Assembly: GCF_964213995.1 (NCBI RefSeq)
Contig: NW_027590150.1
Coordinates: forward strand, 496,001 to 560,000
From: Mustelus asterias
Taxonomy: Eukaryota
Reading direction: 5' to 3'
Length of the DNA stretch: 64,000 nt
Shown here: positions 28,660-40,784 of the stretch, in pieces
Numbering within the stretch: position 1 is the stretch's first letter
How the letters are laid out: each line of letters begins with the position of its first letter
Notes under the pieces: model-generated
What the model saw: the letters and a program-made list of their open reading frames with translations, nothing else
What the model was told of the DNA's origin: nothing
Databases searched by the model: none
Program-made: the position numbers and the translations under genes

Positions 28660-29285
28660 GTGGGCGGCAAGGTGGCATAGTGGTTACCATTGCTGCTTCA
28701 CAGCATCAGGGACCGTGGTTCAATTCCCGGAATGGGTCACTGTCTGTGTGTAGTCTGCACATTCTCCAATTGTCTGCCTGTTTACTCCCATGGTCCAAAG
28801 ATATGCCGATTAGGTTGATTGGCGATGATGAATTGTCCCATAGAATCAAGTGAATTAGCAGGGAATATATGAATTAGCGGGGATGGGAATAGGGCCTGGG
28901 TGGGAGCGTTGTCGCTGCGGGCCCGATATGCTCCTTCTGCACTGCAGGGATTCTATGGACTTGGGTGCCTCTGGCTGATCAGCATTTATTGCCCACCCAT
29001 TGTCGAGGGCAGTTGAGAGCTAAACACATTGCTGTGGCTCTGCAATCACATGTAGGTTAGATGAGGTAAGGACGGCATATGTCCTGCTCTAAAGGACATT
29101 AATGAACAAGATAGGTTTTTACACAATCGACAGTGATATCATGGTCATAAGTAGATTCTTAATTCCAGATGTTTTTACTGAATTTAAATTCCATCATCTG
29201 CCGTGGCGGGATTCGAAGCCGGGTCCTGAGAACATTAGTTGAGTTTGTGGATTAATTGTCTAGCGATAATAACACTAGGCCACTG
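28660..29285. mobile_element. HE1-like SINE (+) joined to a DeuSINE/SacSINE1-like SINE (-); paralogue at 47500-48125
   Basis: SINE head and tail, then GGGCAGTTGAGAG...CACATTGCTGTGGCTCTG...CACATGTAGG. Absent upstream of the functional V (about 58445). Confidence 0.8.
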
Positions 29286-29527
29286 GTTCTCTTCTTCTGA
29301 GATCCAGTCCCAAATTACAGTGATAGCTACCCACACCTGAAACACAATCATCCCAGCATTAAGTTACATAAATCGATAATAATTCTTCCAATGAATTATA
29401 TTTCGCTGTAATGTGTTAGAGACACAGAATTATTGCAAATCAGACTGACGTCTTTACCCTGATAAGGTAATGTCATCTGTTTATTTCCATTCCCTTGTGA
29501 AGAGGTGCAGAAATAAAGGCACTTAAT

Positions 29528-29797
29528 CAGTACACAGTGTAAATTATTGTTTCTTGCGCACTATACAGTCAGAGCATAACGTATATAGGGAAGGAAGGGA
29601 GAGAGTGAATAATGTAAATTTTGCAGTCATAGCTGGGGTGTAGAGAAAGATGAACTTAATGCGACGGAGGTCCATTCAAACGTCTGATTGCAGCAGGAAA
29701 TAAATTGTTTTTGAGTCGGTTTATACGTGTCCTCAGACTTTTGTACCTTGTTCTCGATGGGAAAAGGTGAGAGAGTATGTCCGAAGAGCGTGGCGTT
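29528..29797 (-). mobile_element. Paralogous Rex1/Babar-like fragment upstream of psiV1
   Basis: Aligns with 48590-48853 and sits in the same position relative to the V exon. Confidence 0.7.
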
Positions 29798-29829
29798 TTA
29801 TTTTCATAGGATTTTAGATATTTTTACAA

Positions 29830-30333
29830 GTGTCGAATCGGAGGTTGCGTTGAGTCAGCGAGAGGCAGAAACTGGGCGCCCCTGAAACTCTTTGAGACTG
29901 ACCTGCAAAGCCAACGCGTTCAATGTTGGCAGTGACTGGATGGTCTGGGTCCGACAGGTCCCTGAACAGTGTTTACAGTGTCTTCTTCAGTACGATAGTC
30001 TTGGGTCAGCCTGCAATTCCTCCGCCCCAGGGATTCAGAATCAATTTACCCAACCAAAGACACTTCAAACAACGGAAAGAGAAAATGCTGGAAAACCTCA
30101 GCAAGTCTGGCAGCATCTGTAAGGAGAGAGAAGAACTGACTTTTCGATTCCAGATGACCCTTTGTCAAAACATTCGAAATGTCAGCTATTTTCTCTCCTC
30201 AGATATTGCCAGGCCTGCTGAGATTTTCCAGCATTTTCTCTTTTGGTTTCAATTCCAGAATCCGTAGTAATTTGCTTTTATACTTTAAACGACATCGTCT
30301 CTTTGGAAATAACTGAAAACAGAAGATTCCTAT
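29830..30333 (+). pseudogene. VH pseudogene 1 (psiV1)
   Basis: Aligns to the functional V exon (EVALSQREAETGRP*NSLRLTCKANAFNVGSDWMVWVRQVPEQ...APGIQNQF). Acceptor AG>AA, TGA at 29883, an insertion at 30074-30281, truncation in FR3, no YYC and no RSS. Confidence 0.92.
30074..30281. mobile_element. Foldback insertion inside psiV1, probably Penelope-derived
   Basis: About 68-bp inverted arms (30078-30147 and 30174-30241). Imperfect TSD ACTTCAAACAAC / ACTTTAAACGAC. Single-arm relatives at 41595-41695, 55410-55508 and 55815-55915. Confidence 0.7.
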
Positions 30334-30971
30334 CTTTACCCTGTCTGTTCTGCATAGACTCCAATTCCACTATGATGAAAATGACTCTTAGCCACTACTG
30401 AAATTGCCGGTCAGGCCAGTCAGTTGAATCAAAGCTGCTATGGAAAAACAAATAATAAAATCATCCAGAGGGCAGGTTTCAACAAGGTGGTTCACAACAG
30501 CCTTCTCAGCAGGGACAACTAAATGTTGGCTTTGTCAGTGATGCTCACATCCAGAGGATCAATAACAACAGTGTAAAGTGCTGCCGATTCTGGAAATCTA
30601 AAACTAAAGCAACACAAATGCTACTGAGCAGGTCAGTGTGCATAAGCAGATAGAGAACCAGATTCACATTTAAAATCGATGCCAGGATGCAAAATCTCAT
30701 TGATTTAATTCTAAAGAGCAAGGCTGTTCTCCCCAATATCCTACCTTAATACTGATTCTTCAAACAAAATCACAAATTTACTGGCAAATTATCACATCTC
30801 GGTTTGTGGGAGTGTATTTGCAATATGATAGCAGTGACTAAATTCAGCAAAGGTACATTAGTGAGTTTTAAGAACTTTAGAACATAGAACATAGAACATT
30901 ACAGCGCAGAACAGGCCCTTCGGCCCACGATGTTGCACCGACCAGTTAAAAAAAAACTGTGACCCTCCAAC

Positions 30972-33791
30972 CTAAACCAATTTCTTTTCGTCCATGAACC
31001 TATCTACGGATCTCTTAAACGCCCCCAAACTAGGCGCATTTACTACTGATGCTGGCAGGGCATTCCAATCCCTCACCACCCTCTGGGTAAAGAACCTACC
31101 CCTGACATCGGTTCTATAACTACCCCCCCTCAATTTAAAGCCATGCCCCCTCGTGCTGGATTTCTCCATCAGAGGAAAAAGGCTATCACTATCCACCCTA
31201 TCTAAACCTCTAATCATCTTATATGTTTCAATAAGATCCCCTCTTAGCCGCCGCCTTTCCAGCGAAAACAATCCCAAATCCCTCAGCCTCTCCTCATAGG
31301 ATCTCCCCTCCATACCAGGCAACATCCTGGTAAACCTCCTCTGCACCCTCTCCAAAGCCTCCACATCCTTCCTGTAATGTGGGGACCAGAACTGCACACA
31401 GTACTCCAAGTGCGGCCGCACCAGAGTTGTGTACAGTTGCAACATAACGCTACGACTCCTAAATTCAATCCCCCTACCAATAAACGCCAAGACACCATAT
31501 GCCTTCTTAACAACCTTATCTACTTGATTCCCAACTTTCAGGGATCTATGCACACATACACCTAGATCCCTCTGCTCCTCCACACTATTCAAAGTCCTCC
31601 CGTTAGCCCTATACTCAACACATCTGTTATTCCTACCAAAGTGAATTACCTCACACTTCTCCGCATTAAACTCCATCCGCCACCTCTCGGCCCAACTTTG
31701 CAACCTGTCTAAGTCTTCCTGCAAACTACGACACCCTTCCTCACTGTCTACCACACCACCGACTTTGGTGTCATCAGCAAATTTGCTAATCCACCCAACT
31801 ATACCCTCATCCAGATCATTAATAAATATTACAAACAGCAGTGGCCCCAAAACAGATCCCTGAGGTACACCACTTGTAACCGCACTCCATGATGAATATT
31901 TACTATCAACCACCACCCTCTGTTTCCTATCCGCTAGCCAATTGCTGATCCAATTTCCTAGATCACCCCCAATCCCATACATCTGCATTTTCTGCAGAAG
32001 CCTACCATGGTGAACCTTATCAAACGCCTTACTAAAATCCATATATACCACGTCCACTGCCTTGCCCCCATCCACCTCCTTGGTCACTTTCTCAAAAACC
32101 TCAATAAGGTTAGTAAGGCACGACCTACCTGCCACAAAACCATGCTGACTATCACCTATCAATTCATTACTCTCCAAATAACTATAAATCCTATCCCTTA
32201 TAATTTTTTCCAACATCTTGCCGACAACAGAAGTGAGACTCACCGGTCTATAATTCCCGGGGAAGTCTCTGTTCCCCTTCTTAAACAATGGGACAACATT
32301 CGCTAACCTCCAATCTTCTGGTACTATACCAGAGGCCAACGACGACCTGAAGATCAGAGCCAGAGGCTCTGCAATCACTTCTCTTGCCTCCCAGAGAATC
32401 CTTGGATAAATCCCATCCGGACCAGGGGATTTATCTATTTTCAGACCCTCCAGAATATCCTGCACATCCTCCTTATCAACTGTAATACTGTCTATTCTAC
32501 TCCCTTGCAACCCAGTGTCCTCCTCAGCTATATTCATGTCCCCTTGCGTGAACACCGAAGAGAAATATTGGTTCAATGCTTCACCAATCTCCTCCGGTTC
32601 CACACATAACTTCCCTCTGCCATCTATAACTGGCCCTAAACTTGCCCTAACCAACCTTCTGTTCTTGACATACCTATAGAACGCCTTAGGATTCTCTTTA
32701 ACCCTATCCGCCAAAGTCTTCTCATGTCCCCTTTTAGCCCTTCTAAGCTCGCTCTTCAACTCCCTCTTAGCCAATCTAAAGCTTTCTAGTGCACTACCCG
32801 AGTGCTCACGTCTCATCCGAACATAAGCCTCCTTTTTCTTTTTAACCAACAAAGAAACTTTTTTGGTGCACCACGGTTCCCTAGCCCTACCAATTCCTCC
32901 TTGCCTGACAGGGACATACCTATCACAGACTCGCAGTAGCTGCTCCTTGAAAAAACTCCACATGTCGGACGTTCCCAGTCCCTGTAATCTCCTAGTCCAA
33001 CCTATGTTTCCTAATTCTCTCCTAATAGCCTCATAATTACCCTTCCCCCAGCTAAAACCATTGGCCCGAGGTTCATGCCTATCCCTTTCCATCACTAAGG
33101 TGAACGTAACCGAATTGTGGTCACTATCACCAAAATGCACACCAACTTCCAAGTCTAGCACCTGGTCTGGCTCATTTCCCAGCACCAGATCCAATATAGC
33201 CTCACCTCTAGTTGGCCTGTCTACATACTGAGTCAAAAAACCTTCCTGCACGCTTTGAACAAAAACTGACCCCTCTAACGAGCTAGAGCTATAACAATTC
33301 CAGTCAATATTAGTCAAGTTAAAATCCCCCATAACAATTGCCCTATTACTTTCACTCCTAAGCAGGATTGACTCCGCAATCCTTTCCTCAACCTCTCTAG
33401 AACTTTTAGGAGGTCTATAAAAGACTCCCAACAGGGTGACCTCTCCTCTCCTATTTCTAATCTCCGCCCATACTACCTCAACAGATAAGTCCTCATCAAA
33501 CCTCCTCTCTGACACTGTGATACAATCTCTGACCAATAATGCTACCCCTCCCCCTCTTCTACCTCCTTCCCTACTTCGACTAAAACATTTGAACCCCGGG
33601 ACCTGCAGCATCCATTCCTGCCCCTGCTCTATCCATGTCTCTGAAATAGCCACAACATCGAAGTCCCAGGTACTGATCCACGCTGCAAGTTCACCCACTT
33701 TATTGCGAATACTCCTGGCATTGAAGTATACACATTTCAAACCCTGCTCCACCCCACCTCTGCAATGCCGTGCATTGCAGTCCCCATCCAT
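30972..33791 (-). CDS. CR1 ORF2: APE endonuclease plus reverse transcriptase, 939 aa, uninterrupted
   Basis: EN motifs YFNARS, ISETW, GGGVALL, YRPP, GDFN, SDH. RT motifs YRPVSLTS, DFSKAFD, GVPQGSVLGP, FADD. Confidence 0.95.
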   Translation of the reverse strand: MDGDCNARHCRGGVEQGLKCVYFNARSIRNKVGELAAWISTWDFDVVAISETWIEQGQEWMLQVPGFKCFSRSREGGRRGGGVALLVRDCITVSERRFDEDLSVEVVWAEIRNRRGEVTLLGVFYRPPKSSREVEERIAESILLRSESNRAIVMGDFNLTNIDWNCYSSSSLEGSVFVQSVQEGFLTQYVDRPTRGEAILDLVLGNEPDQVLDLEVGVHFGDSDHNSVTFTLVMERDRHEPRANGFSWGKGNYEAIRRELGNIGWTRRLQGLGTSDMWSFFKEQLLRVCDRYVPVRQGGIGRAREPWCTKKVSLLVKKKKEAYVRMRREHSGSALESFRLAKRELKSELRRAKRGHEKTLADRVKENPKAFYRYVKNRRLVRASLGPVIDGRGKLCVEPEEIGEALNQYFSSVFTQGDMNIAEEDTGLQGSRIDSITVDKEDVQDILEGLKIDKSPGPDGIYPRILWEAREVIAEPLALIFRSSLASGIVPEDWRLANVVPLFKKGNRDFPGNYRPVSLTSVVGKMLEKIIRDRIYSYLESNELIGDSQHGFVAGRSCLTNLIEVFEKVTKEVDGGKAVDVVYMDFSKAFDKVHHGRLLQKMQMYGIGGDLGNWISNWLADRKQRVVVDSKYSSWSAVTSGVPQGSVLGPLLFVIFINDLDEGIVGWISKFADDTKVGGVVDSEEGCRSLQEDLDRLQSWAERWRMEFNAEKCEVIHFGRNNRCVEYRANGRTLNSVEEQRDLGVCVHRSLKVGNQVDKVVKKAYGVLAFIGRGIEFRSRSVMLQLYTTLVRPHLEYCVQFWSPHYRKDVEALERVQRRFTRMLPGMEGRSYEERLRDLGLFSLERRRLRGDLIETYKMIRGLDRVDSDSLFPLMEKSSTRGHGFKLRGGSYRTDVRGRFFTQRVVRDWNALPASVVNAPSLGAFKRSVDRFMDEKKLV

Positions 33792-33841
33792 GCATCCCTC
33801 ACTTTCAGCCCCACTACTCAGGATCCCTCCCCCCCCCCGAA

Positions 33842-34771
33842 TCAGTTTAAACCTCCCTGCATGGCCTTAGCAAATTTACCCCCCAGGATATTGGTCCCCT
33901 TCTGATTAAGGTGTAGACCATCCTTCTCATAGAGGTCACACCTTCCCCAGTACGAGCCCCAATTGCTTAAGTACCTGAACCCCTCCCTCCTGCACCATCC
34001 CCTCAGCCATGAATTCAAACCTTCCCTCTCCCTATTCCTCTCTAAACTATCCCGTGGTACAGGCAAGAGTCCAGAGATAACCACTCTGTCAGTCTTGGCC
34101 TTTAGTTTCCACCCCAACTCCATAAATCCCTGCCTAATATCCCCTTCCCCTATCCTCCCTATGTCGTGTGTCCCCACATGTACAATAACTTGTGGTTTAT
34201 CTCCCTCCCCCCTAAGAGTCCTGAATACCCTGTCAGACACATCCTGGACCCCAGCCCCTGGTAGGCAACACACCAACCCTGAGTCCCTACCTTTAGTTCC
34301 GACCCTCCTATCTGTCTCCTTAATTGTGGAGTCCCCAATCACAAGGCCCAGTCTTTTACAGCCCCTAACCACCTGAGCTTTCTCACTCGGCTCACCCCCA
34401 GAGATCTGCTCTCTATGCTCAGTTGATTCCTCCTCAACTGTAGCCTCCAGCACCGAAAACCTATTATGGAGGGGAACCGCCCCAGGGGATTGTCTTCCCG
34501 ATTGCTTCTTACCCCTCCTCCTGGCATTGACCCAAGCCTCATTTCTAGGAGTTACTATTTCTCTATAACTCCTATCAACTTCCACCTCCGCCTCCCGAAT
34601 TATGCGGAGTTCCTCTACCTCCCCCTCCAGCTCCTTTACACGCTCCTCCAGAAGCTGCAATCTAATGCACTTCTTACAACTAAAATCTCCTGAAACACTA
34701 CTGGATTTCCTCACCACATACATCCCACAGGAGATGCAGCATACTGCCTGAACTGCCATCCCTGAAGCCAT
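33842..34771 (-). CDS. CR1 ORF1: zinc finger/coiled coil plus SGNH esterase-like domain
   Basis: CxxC...CxxC, heptad-like LLEERVKELEGEVEEL, and GDS, HVGTHD and DGLHLN blocks. The likely start is the ATG of MASGM at 34771; the track extends to a GTG at 34819. Confidence 0.9.
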   Translation of the reverse strand: MASGMAVQAVCCISCGMYVVRKSSSVSGDFSCKKCIRLQLLEERVKELEGEVEELRIIREAEVEVDRSYREIVTPRNEAWVNARRRGKKQSGRQSPGAVPLHNRFSVLEATVEEESTEHREQISGGEPSEKAQVVRGCKRLGLVIGDSTIKETDRRVGTKGRDSGLVCCLPGAGVQDVSDRVFRTLRGEGDKPQVIVHVGTHDIGRIGEGDIRQGFMELGWKLKAKTDRVVISGLLPVPRDSLERNREREGLNSWLRGWCRREGFRYLSNWGSYWGRCDLYEKDGLHLNQKGTNILGGKFAKAMQGGLN

Positions 34772-34810
34772 TACCAGCAAGAAAAAAAGAAAACAAAAAA
34801 CTTCCCCACA

Positions 34811-35215
34811 CTTCCCCAACTGTCACTCTCCACTGCAGCCCGAGCAGCACTCCCACACTGAGACACCAACTGTCACTCTCCACTGCAGCCCGAGCAACAC
34901 TCCCACAGTGAGATACCAACTGTCACTCTCCACTGCAGCCCGAGCAACACTCCCTCACTGAGACACCAACTGTCACACTCTACTGCAGCCCGAGCAGCAC
35001 TCCCACAGTGAGACACCAACTGTCACACTCTACTGCAGCCCGAGCAGCACTCCCTCACTGAGACACCAACTGTCACTCTCCACTGCAGCCCGAGCAACAC
35101 TCCCACAGTGAGACACCAACTGTCACTCTCCACTGCAGCCCGAGCAACACTCCCTCACTGAGACACCAACTGTCACTCTCCACTGCAGCCCGAGCAGCAC
35201 TCCCTCACTGAGACA
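34811..35215. repeat. 8 x 50-bp tandem repeat forming the CR1 5' end
   Basis: Unit AGACACCAACTGTCACTCTCCACTGCAGCCCGAGCA(A/G)CACTCCC(ACAG/TCAC)TG recurs at an exact 50-nt period. Confidence 0.95.
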
Positions 35216-35339
35216 ACAATTTGGGACGACATGAAGTCCGGTAAAGCGTTTTATAAATGGAAGCTCTACCAAAATGAAAGTTGTAATACGTTGGAAGTGC
35301 TGAGAGATTAATGCGAATATATTCATTCCTCTGCTGATC

Positions 35340-35830
35340 ATAGCAGCATAGAATCATAGAATCCAGTGCAGTGCAGTAGGAGGCCATTCGGTCCATCAAG
35401 TCTGCAGCTGCTCTCCAGCAGAGCATCCTATCCAGGCCCAGCCTTCACCGTTTCCCGACAACCTCACATATTCAGAGGCTAATGTCTCTAACCTACACAT
35501 CGTTGGACACTAAGGGGCAATTTAGAATCGCCAATCCACCTTGGGCCTGGGAATGATGCCCTGCTGGACAGCTGGTGCAGACTTGATGAAGCGAATGGTC
35601 TCCTTCTGCACTGTAGGGATTCTGTGATTCTCCGTTGCTCATCCTTGGACTCAAAGGAGCAATTTATCATACCAATCCACCTAGCCCGTACATCCTTGGA
35701 CTCTGGAAGGAAACCGGAGCACCGGAGGAAACTCACATGGACATGGTCGAATGTGAAAAACCACACACAGTCACCCAAGTTTGGAGTCGAACCCGCTTCC
35801 CTGTCACTGTGAGGCAGCAATGCTACTTGT
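35340..35830 (-). mobile_element. Rearranged HE1-like SINE containing an inverted tail piece
   Basis: Minus-strand tail 35345-35540, plus-strand tail 35541-35630, then minus-strand body and head. Confidence 0.7.
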
Positions 35831-36649
35831 ATCACTTAGTGATAACCACACTGGATTTTTTATTCTCCCCTCGTGTGAGTCTGATCACTAATTATGACAG
35901 GAATATTTCACACATCAGTTCTCTTTGTTTTAACTTGTCTAGTTGAAGCAATTTAGATCATCACTCAAATTAACATTCAATGGAATACCAGCCTGTTCAC
36001 AGATACTTTATTTATTGTGACATCAGAACTTTCAGAACAAATTCTTAAATAGAATGTATTTATTCATTTAATTAAATAGCATCTGATGTAATGTATGTTA
36101 AAAAATATTTCTATTCATTTTGAACCAACTGTTAATATTCTTAAAATAACCGCTATTTTGAGTTGAAACGAATGAATAAGTGACGGTTTATCTGTTTTTG
36201 CTGCCATGAACATTTCATTGTAAACAGTGAGGTGTTTATGTAAATAAACACAGAAATAGAAATCCCAGATTAGATTGTTGACTGACGAAAACACAACAAA
36301 TATTTCCCCACCAACACAGCACAGAAATAGAGACAAACATGCAAATCGATCAACAGATTCCAGAAATGATTGTTTTTATACTTTAGTTATTCATCGATTA
36401 TATGAGGAGAAAAATCATGACAATATCTATGTTCAGAATTAGGAAATAATCCATCTGATCCCGAAATGTGATAACACGGCAAATGTGTTCGTGGAAATTC
36501 CCTGTGTTTCATCTCTCTCTCTCTGTCTTTCTCCTTCTGGTTCTGTGTCTTGTCTCTTCACGATAGTTCATCGTCTTCCCTCCACAACCTGAATTCAATG
36601 TTGCCCAATGTATTCTCTCAGCCAGAGTTGTAAGGAATGCAACGCAATC

Positions 36650-37290
36650 AATTGGAATCCATGAGGGAGATTTAATCTGAAAGATCTCTTGAGCATTCTA
36701 TGATCTTGGGATATTTTATACATTTTCCTCTGTATCTAACCTGTGTTGTACCTCGTAACAAGGATTCGATGTGGCAGTACCAAAGAAATTTTCCCTGTAT
36801 TTATCCCTGCCCTTGGACTGTTTGACTGGACATTGTAGAGGAATATTTAGTCTGCATCTAAACTCACGTAACTGCCCTTTGAATGTTTGATATTACTTGT
36901 AAAGGGAGATTTAATCCGTATCTAATCTCTGCTGTACCTGACCTGGGTGTATTTTATGGACTGTGTCGAGGGATCTGCCCCCTCTACCGAACACCAATTC
37001 AAACTTGCCTCCCGATTCTCTGAAGGAAAAATTCAGAAGTGGTTTTACCGAGAAGAGAGTCCCTGGTCTGTATGCCTTCATTGTGTTTGAGCAGACTTTG
37101 TAGAGGGAGTTCCACTCTTTTTCTGGACAGTCTCCCTTTTCCAGGAATGTTTGATTTTGATAGTGAGAGGGAGGTTCACTTTGTATCTAAATCATGCTAT
37201 TCCTGACTTGGGAGTGTTGAATTTGGCAATGCATGGTGGAACTTTACAGCTAACCCCATGTTACTCTTGTCCTGTGAACTTTTGATGGGG
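36650..37290 (+). repeat. Degenerate about 65-bp satellite (paralogues at 15540-15825 and 50650-51270)
   Basis: Recurrent GTAGAGGGAG...TCTGTATCTAA...CTGTACCTG...GGGAGTGTTTGA motif. Confidence 0.7.
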
Positions 37291-37373
37291 CAGTAGGCCG
37301 TCTCTCCAAATTTCATGGAGATTGAACCAGCTTCTTTATTAGACAGTAAATTTACCCTGTGTCAGCTTCTATT

Positions 37374-37528
37374 AAGACCATAAGACCATAAGACATAGGA
37401 GCGGAAGTAAGGCCATTCGGCCCATCGAGTCCACTCCACCATTCAATCATGGTTGATTTCAACTCCATTTACCCGCTCTCTCCCCATAGCCCTTAATTCC
37501 TCGAGAAATCAAGAATTTATCAATTTCT
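37374..37528 (-). mobile_element. Short CR1 3' end
   Basis: (TAAGACCA)n tail plus GGCCATTCGGCCCATCGAGTC 3' UTR motif. Absent at about 51345. Confidence 0.8.
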
Positions 37529-40500
37529 TATTATATAAGTTCATGCCTCGGTTTATGTTGCACTGGACCCTATCGCTACACATATTAAACGAGATGCTTT
37601 CTCTGACTATACTAAATTAGACCTTGTCCTTGTTTATATTATGCATCAACATGTTTCAGTTTATATCAAACTAGACGCTGTATCGGTTTGTATTAATTTA
37701 GACCTGTCTGTTTGTATTAAACTAGATGGAGTCTTATTTCTGCACTTGACCCTATCCACGTTTATATTGCATTGGACCTGGTCTCAGTTTTTACTGCACT
37801 GGACAATGCCAGTAATGAGGAAAGTTTTAGGGGGACACAATTCTCTGCATCCTCTTAAACAAGGAAAAGAAGCAGTGTTATCTGAAATCTACTTCTGCTG
37901 ACTGCATTGAGAATGGTTACTAAGACCTGTATAGCATGCACTGTCAACACAGATCAAAGAACAAGAAAAGTTACTGCAGAGGAACAGGCCCTTCGGCACT
38001 GGAACCCCGCACCGACCAAATACTGTCGATCCAATACTGCCTGTTTCAGAATCCTGCCAGAGACCACTGTTTTTCATCCAACATAATATCTCTTCTTCTC
38101 GTAGAACCGCGGAGAAATGCAGACATCATTCAAATAGAGGCAAAGTTAAGTACAGGCATAACACTAACACAGTCTAGTGAAATATGTACAGGGTCAGGAT
38201 CAAATATTACTTAACCAGAGAGTATGGCTAGTGCAATATAAACTGATTTCTAGTCTAGCAGTGTATTAACAGAGACAGACTCTAATTTAACATAAACCCT
38301 GATCCAGCAAAATAGAAATGGGTTTCTTTCCGAGTGCCATGTGGGGATGGTCAAAGGCCAAATGCTGATCTTTTCAGTGACACCCACATCCCATGAAACA
38401 AACATTACAAATATATATGACAATGTCGAGGAAAATAAAACTGAGACAGTGTCTAGTGCAGTTTTACTGGACATAGGAGCTTATGCATATAAACTGAGAC
38501 AGAGCCCAGTAATTAATGATACAGGACCTAAATGTCTTTAGAGTGAGACGGAGTCAAGTGCATTAATAATAATTACTAATAGATACAGGACAGTGACAAA
38601 TGTAAACTGAGACAGAGTCCAGTGTATTAGTAATGATTACTGATACAGCACCTAGACTGATGTAAACTGAGACAGAGCCCAGTTTATTTGTAATAATTAC
38701 TGGTACAGGGCCTAGACTGATACACACTGAGATACGGACAATGCAGCAATTAGGAGGTATTGCAAAATGCAATTATAGCTCAGACGTGATAGAGTCTGAA
38801 ATAAATAAATACATGGACTGGTGCAGCATTAACGCAAACAGGATCGAGTTTATCAAAATCTAATGAACTATTAGCAAAATAACTGTGACAGAACCATGTG
38901 TCATGCATGAAGCAGTTGCTCCAGTTTAGTATGCAGTGGCAAATGTTCTGAGGCAGTAAGAATTGAGACACGGCCTCTTGTCGGATCAGCAGAAGCATGG
39001 CTCAGTACAGCCATAACTTAGAAATTATAATATAAACAGGGCCTGTGTCTCATATACGAACACCTGATATTGAGCCAAGTGCAGGAAAAAGCTTAGACAT
39101 GACCTCCTGGAATGGGATCCAGGCGCAGCCTACTGTAATATAGACAGACGCAGAGGCTAGCTGAATATAGGCAGATATATGGTATGTTTAAAATCGTTTC
39201 ATGTGATTTTAATGTCACTGGGAAAGTCAGCTTTTGTTGTCAAACCATGAATTCCTTTGAGAATGTGGTGGCAAGCTTTGGGAAGCTGGTGGGTGGGGTG
39301 TTCTTCGAGGCAGCTACTTTGTCTAGAATGGCATTGAGCTTTTGAGTGGCACAAGTCAGGCAAGTAGAGAATATTCAATCATTTGTGTCGGCACAGACTT
39401 GGTGGGCCGAAGGGCCTGTTCCTGTGCTTTACTATTCTGTGATATTTGTTCACACTCCAGCCTTTTGCCTTGTAGATGATGGATAGGAGTTGGGAATTCA
39501 GGAGGTGCGTTGTTCACTGCAGAACTCCGAGCGTCTGACCTGCTCCTGTGGCCACATGATTTAAACGTCTGTCTCCGTTCAGATTTTCACGAATTATAAT
39601 TCCCAGGATGTTGATAGTGGGCGAATTCAGCGATGGGTAATGCCATTTAATGTCATGGGGAGTGGTTTGGAATCTCCCTCATTGGAGACTGTCATTGCCT
39701 GCCACTTGTGGTGCATGAATGTTCCTTGTCATTCATTATCCAAAGACTGAATGTTTTCTAAGTCTTACTGCATATGGGCACAGACTGTGTCAGTAACTGA
39801 GGAGTCGCAACTGGTGCGGAACTTTGTGCAATCACCTGTGAAAATCCCACTTCTGAACTTTGATGAAGGCTGAAGCTTGGGGCTAGGTCACTAACCTGAA
39901 GAATTCCTGCAGCAATGCGTGTGACTGGCATGATTGACCATCAACAACCATCTTCCTTTGTGCTCAGCATGACTCAGGCAGTGGACTCTGTTCCCCCTGA
40001 TTCCCATTGACTGCAGTTTCGCTCGGGCTCCTTGATGCCACAAACGGTCAGACGCTGCGTCGATGTCAAGGGCAGGCACTCTCTATTCACCTTTTTAATT
40101 TATGTTTTAAAATCTATATTTGGACTCTTTCCAAATCATTTCTGGAATCGAGTGCTCCGTGCGGGACCCACATTGAGCATCTTGGTGTGTGTGTGTGTTG
40201 TGTGAAATACATCGTGTTTGATACAAATTAATTCCACAATGATCACGTGCATCCTTCCATTTACACTACATGATGGACACACAATAAACACATCCAATTC
40301 AGATTGGCTTCCTTTACATATGTCACCTTTTCTAATGATTGAGGAGGCCAATTTTTGAAAAGTTAGTTCTGCCACAAGTGCTGCCCATTAAGCTACCATT
40401 CGTCATTGTGTGTTATCGTTTTTGTATCATGAATGGATATTAGGAGCTTTGGTGTAGAGCCAGTTATCACCAAAATCCTGTATTCCTTGCCCTGCTGACG

Positions 40501-40784
40501 GTGTTGAATGTCTTCGCGAGATTGGCCGAAGTACGTTAAAGATATGGACACATATGGAACATGGAGAAGTTGTTGGCTGGAGTAAATGTTCCAACACAGT
40601 CACTACACTGCACATCAGGAACACCCGGTCTGCAAGCAGATGATGTATTTCAAGTGTGACCCCAGCAAAGATCTTACCCGTGATGTTATGACTGAGATAT
40701 GTCTGTAGTTGTAATAGTCTCTTCCATCGGTTTACTTTGCAAAAAGTGTGATGAATTTGAATCATGCCTGTCTTATGGAATGAT

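Larger units (their letters stand above)
30879..35215 (-). mobile_element. Apparently full-length CR1-clade LINE (HER1-like)
   Basis: 5' tandem-repeat UTR, ORF1, ORF2, short 3' UTR and (ATGTTCT)n tail. The paralogous empty site is visible at about 14660-14690 (TGAGTTGTAAATGGTTTGGGACGAC). Confidence 0.95.

Noticed and set aside
34904-35110. Three perfect RSS heptamers CACAGTG in the CR1 5' array
   Set aside because: No nonamer-like sequence at 12 or 23 nt (TCACTCTCC / TGCAGCCCG).
34811-35215. CRISPR-like regular repeats
   Set aside because: Head-to-tail units with no unique spacers, a eukaryotic context and no cas genes.
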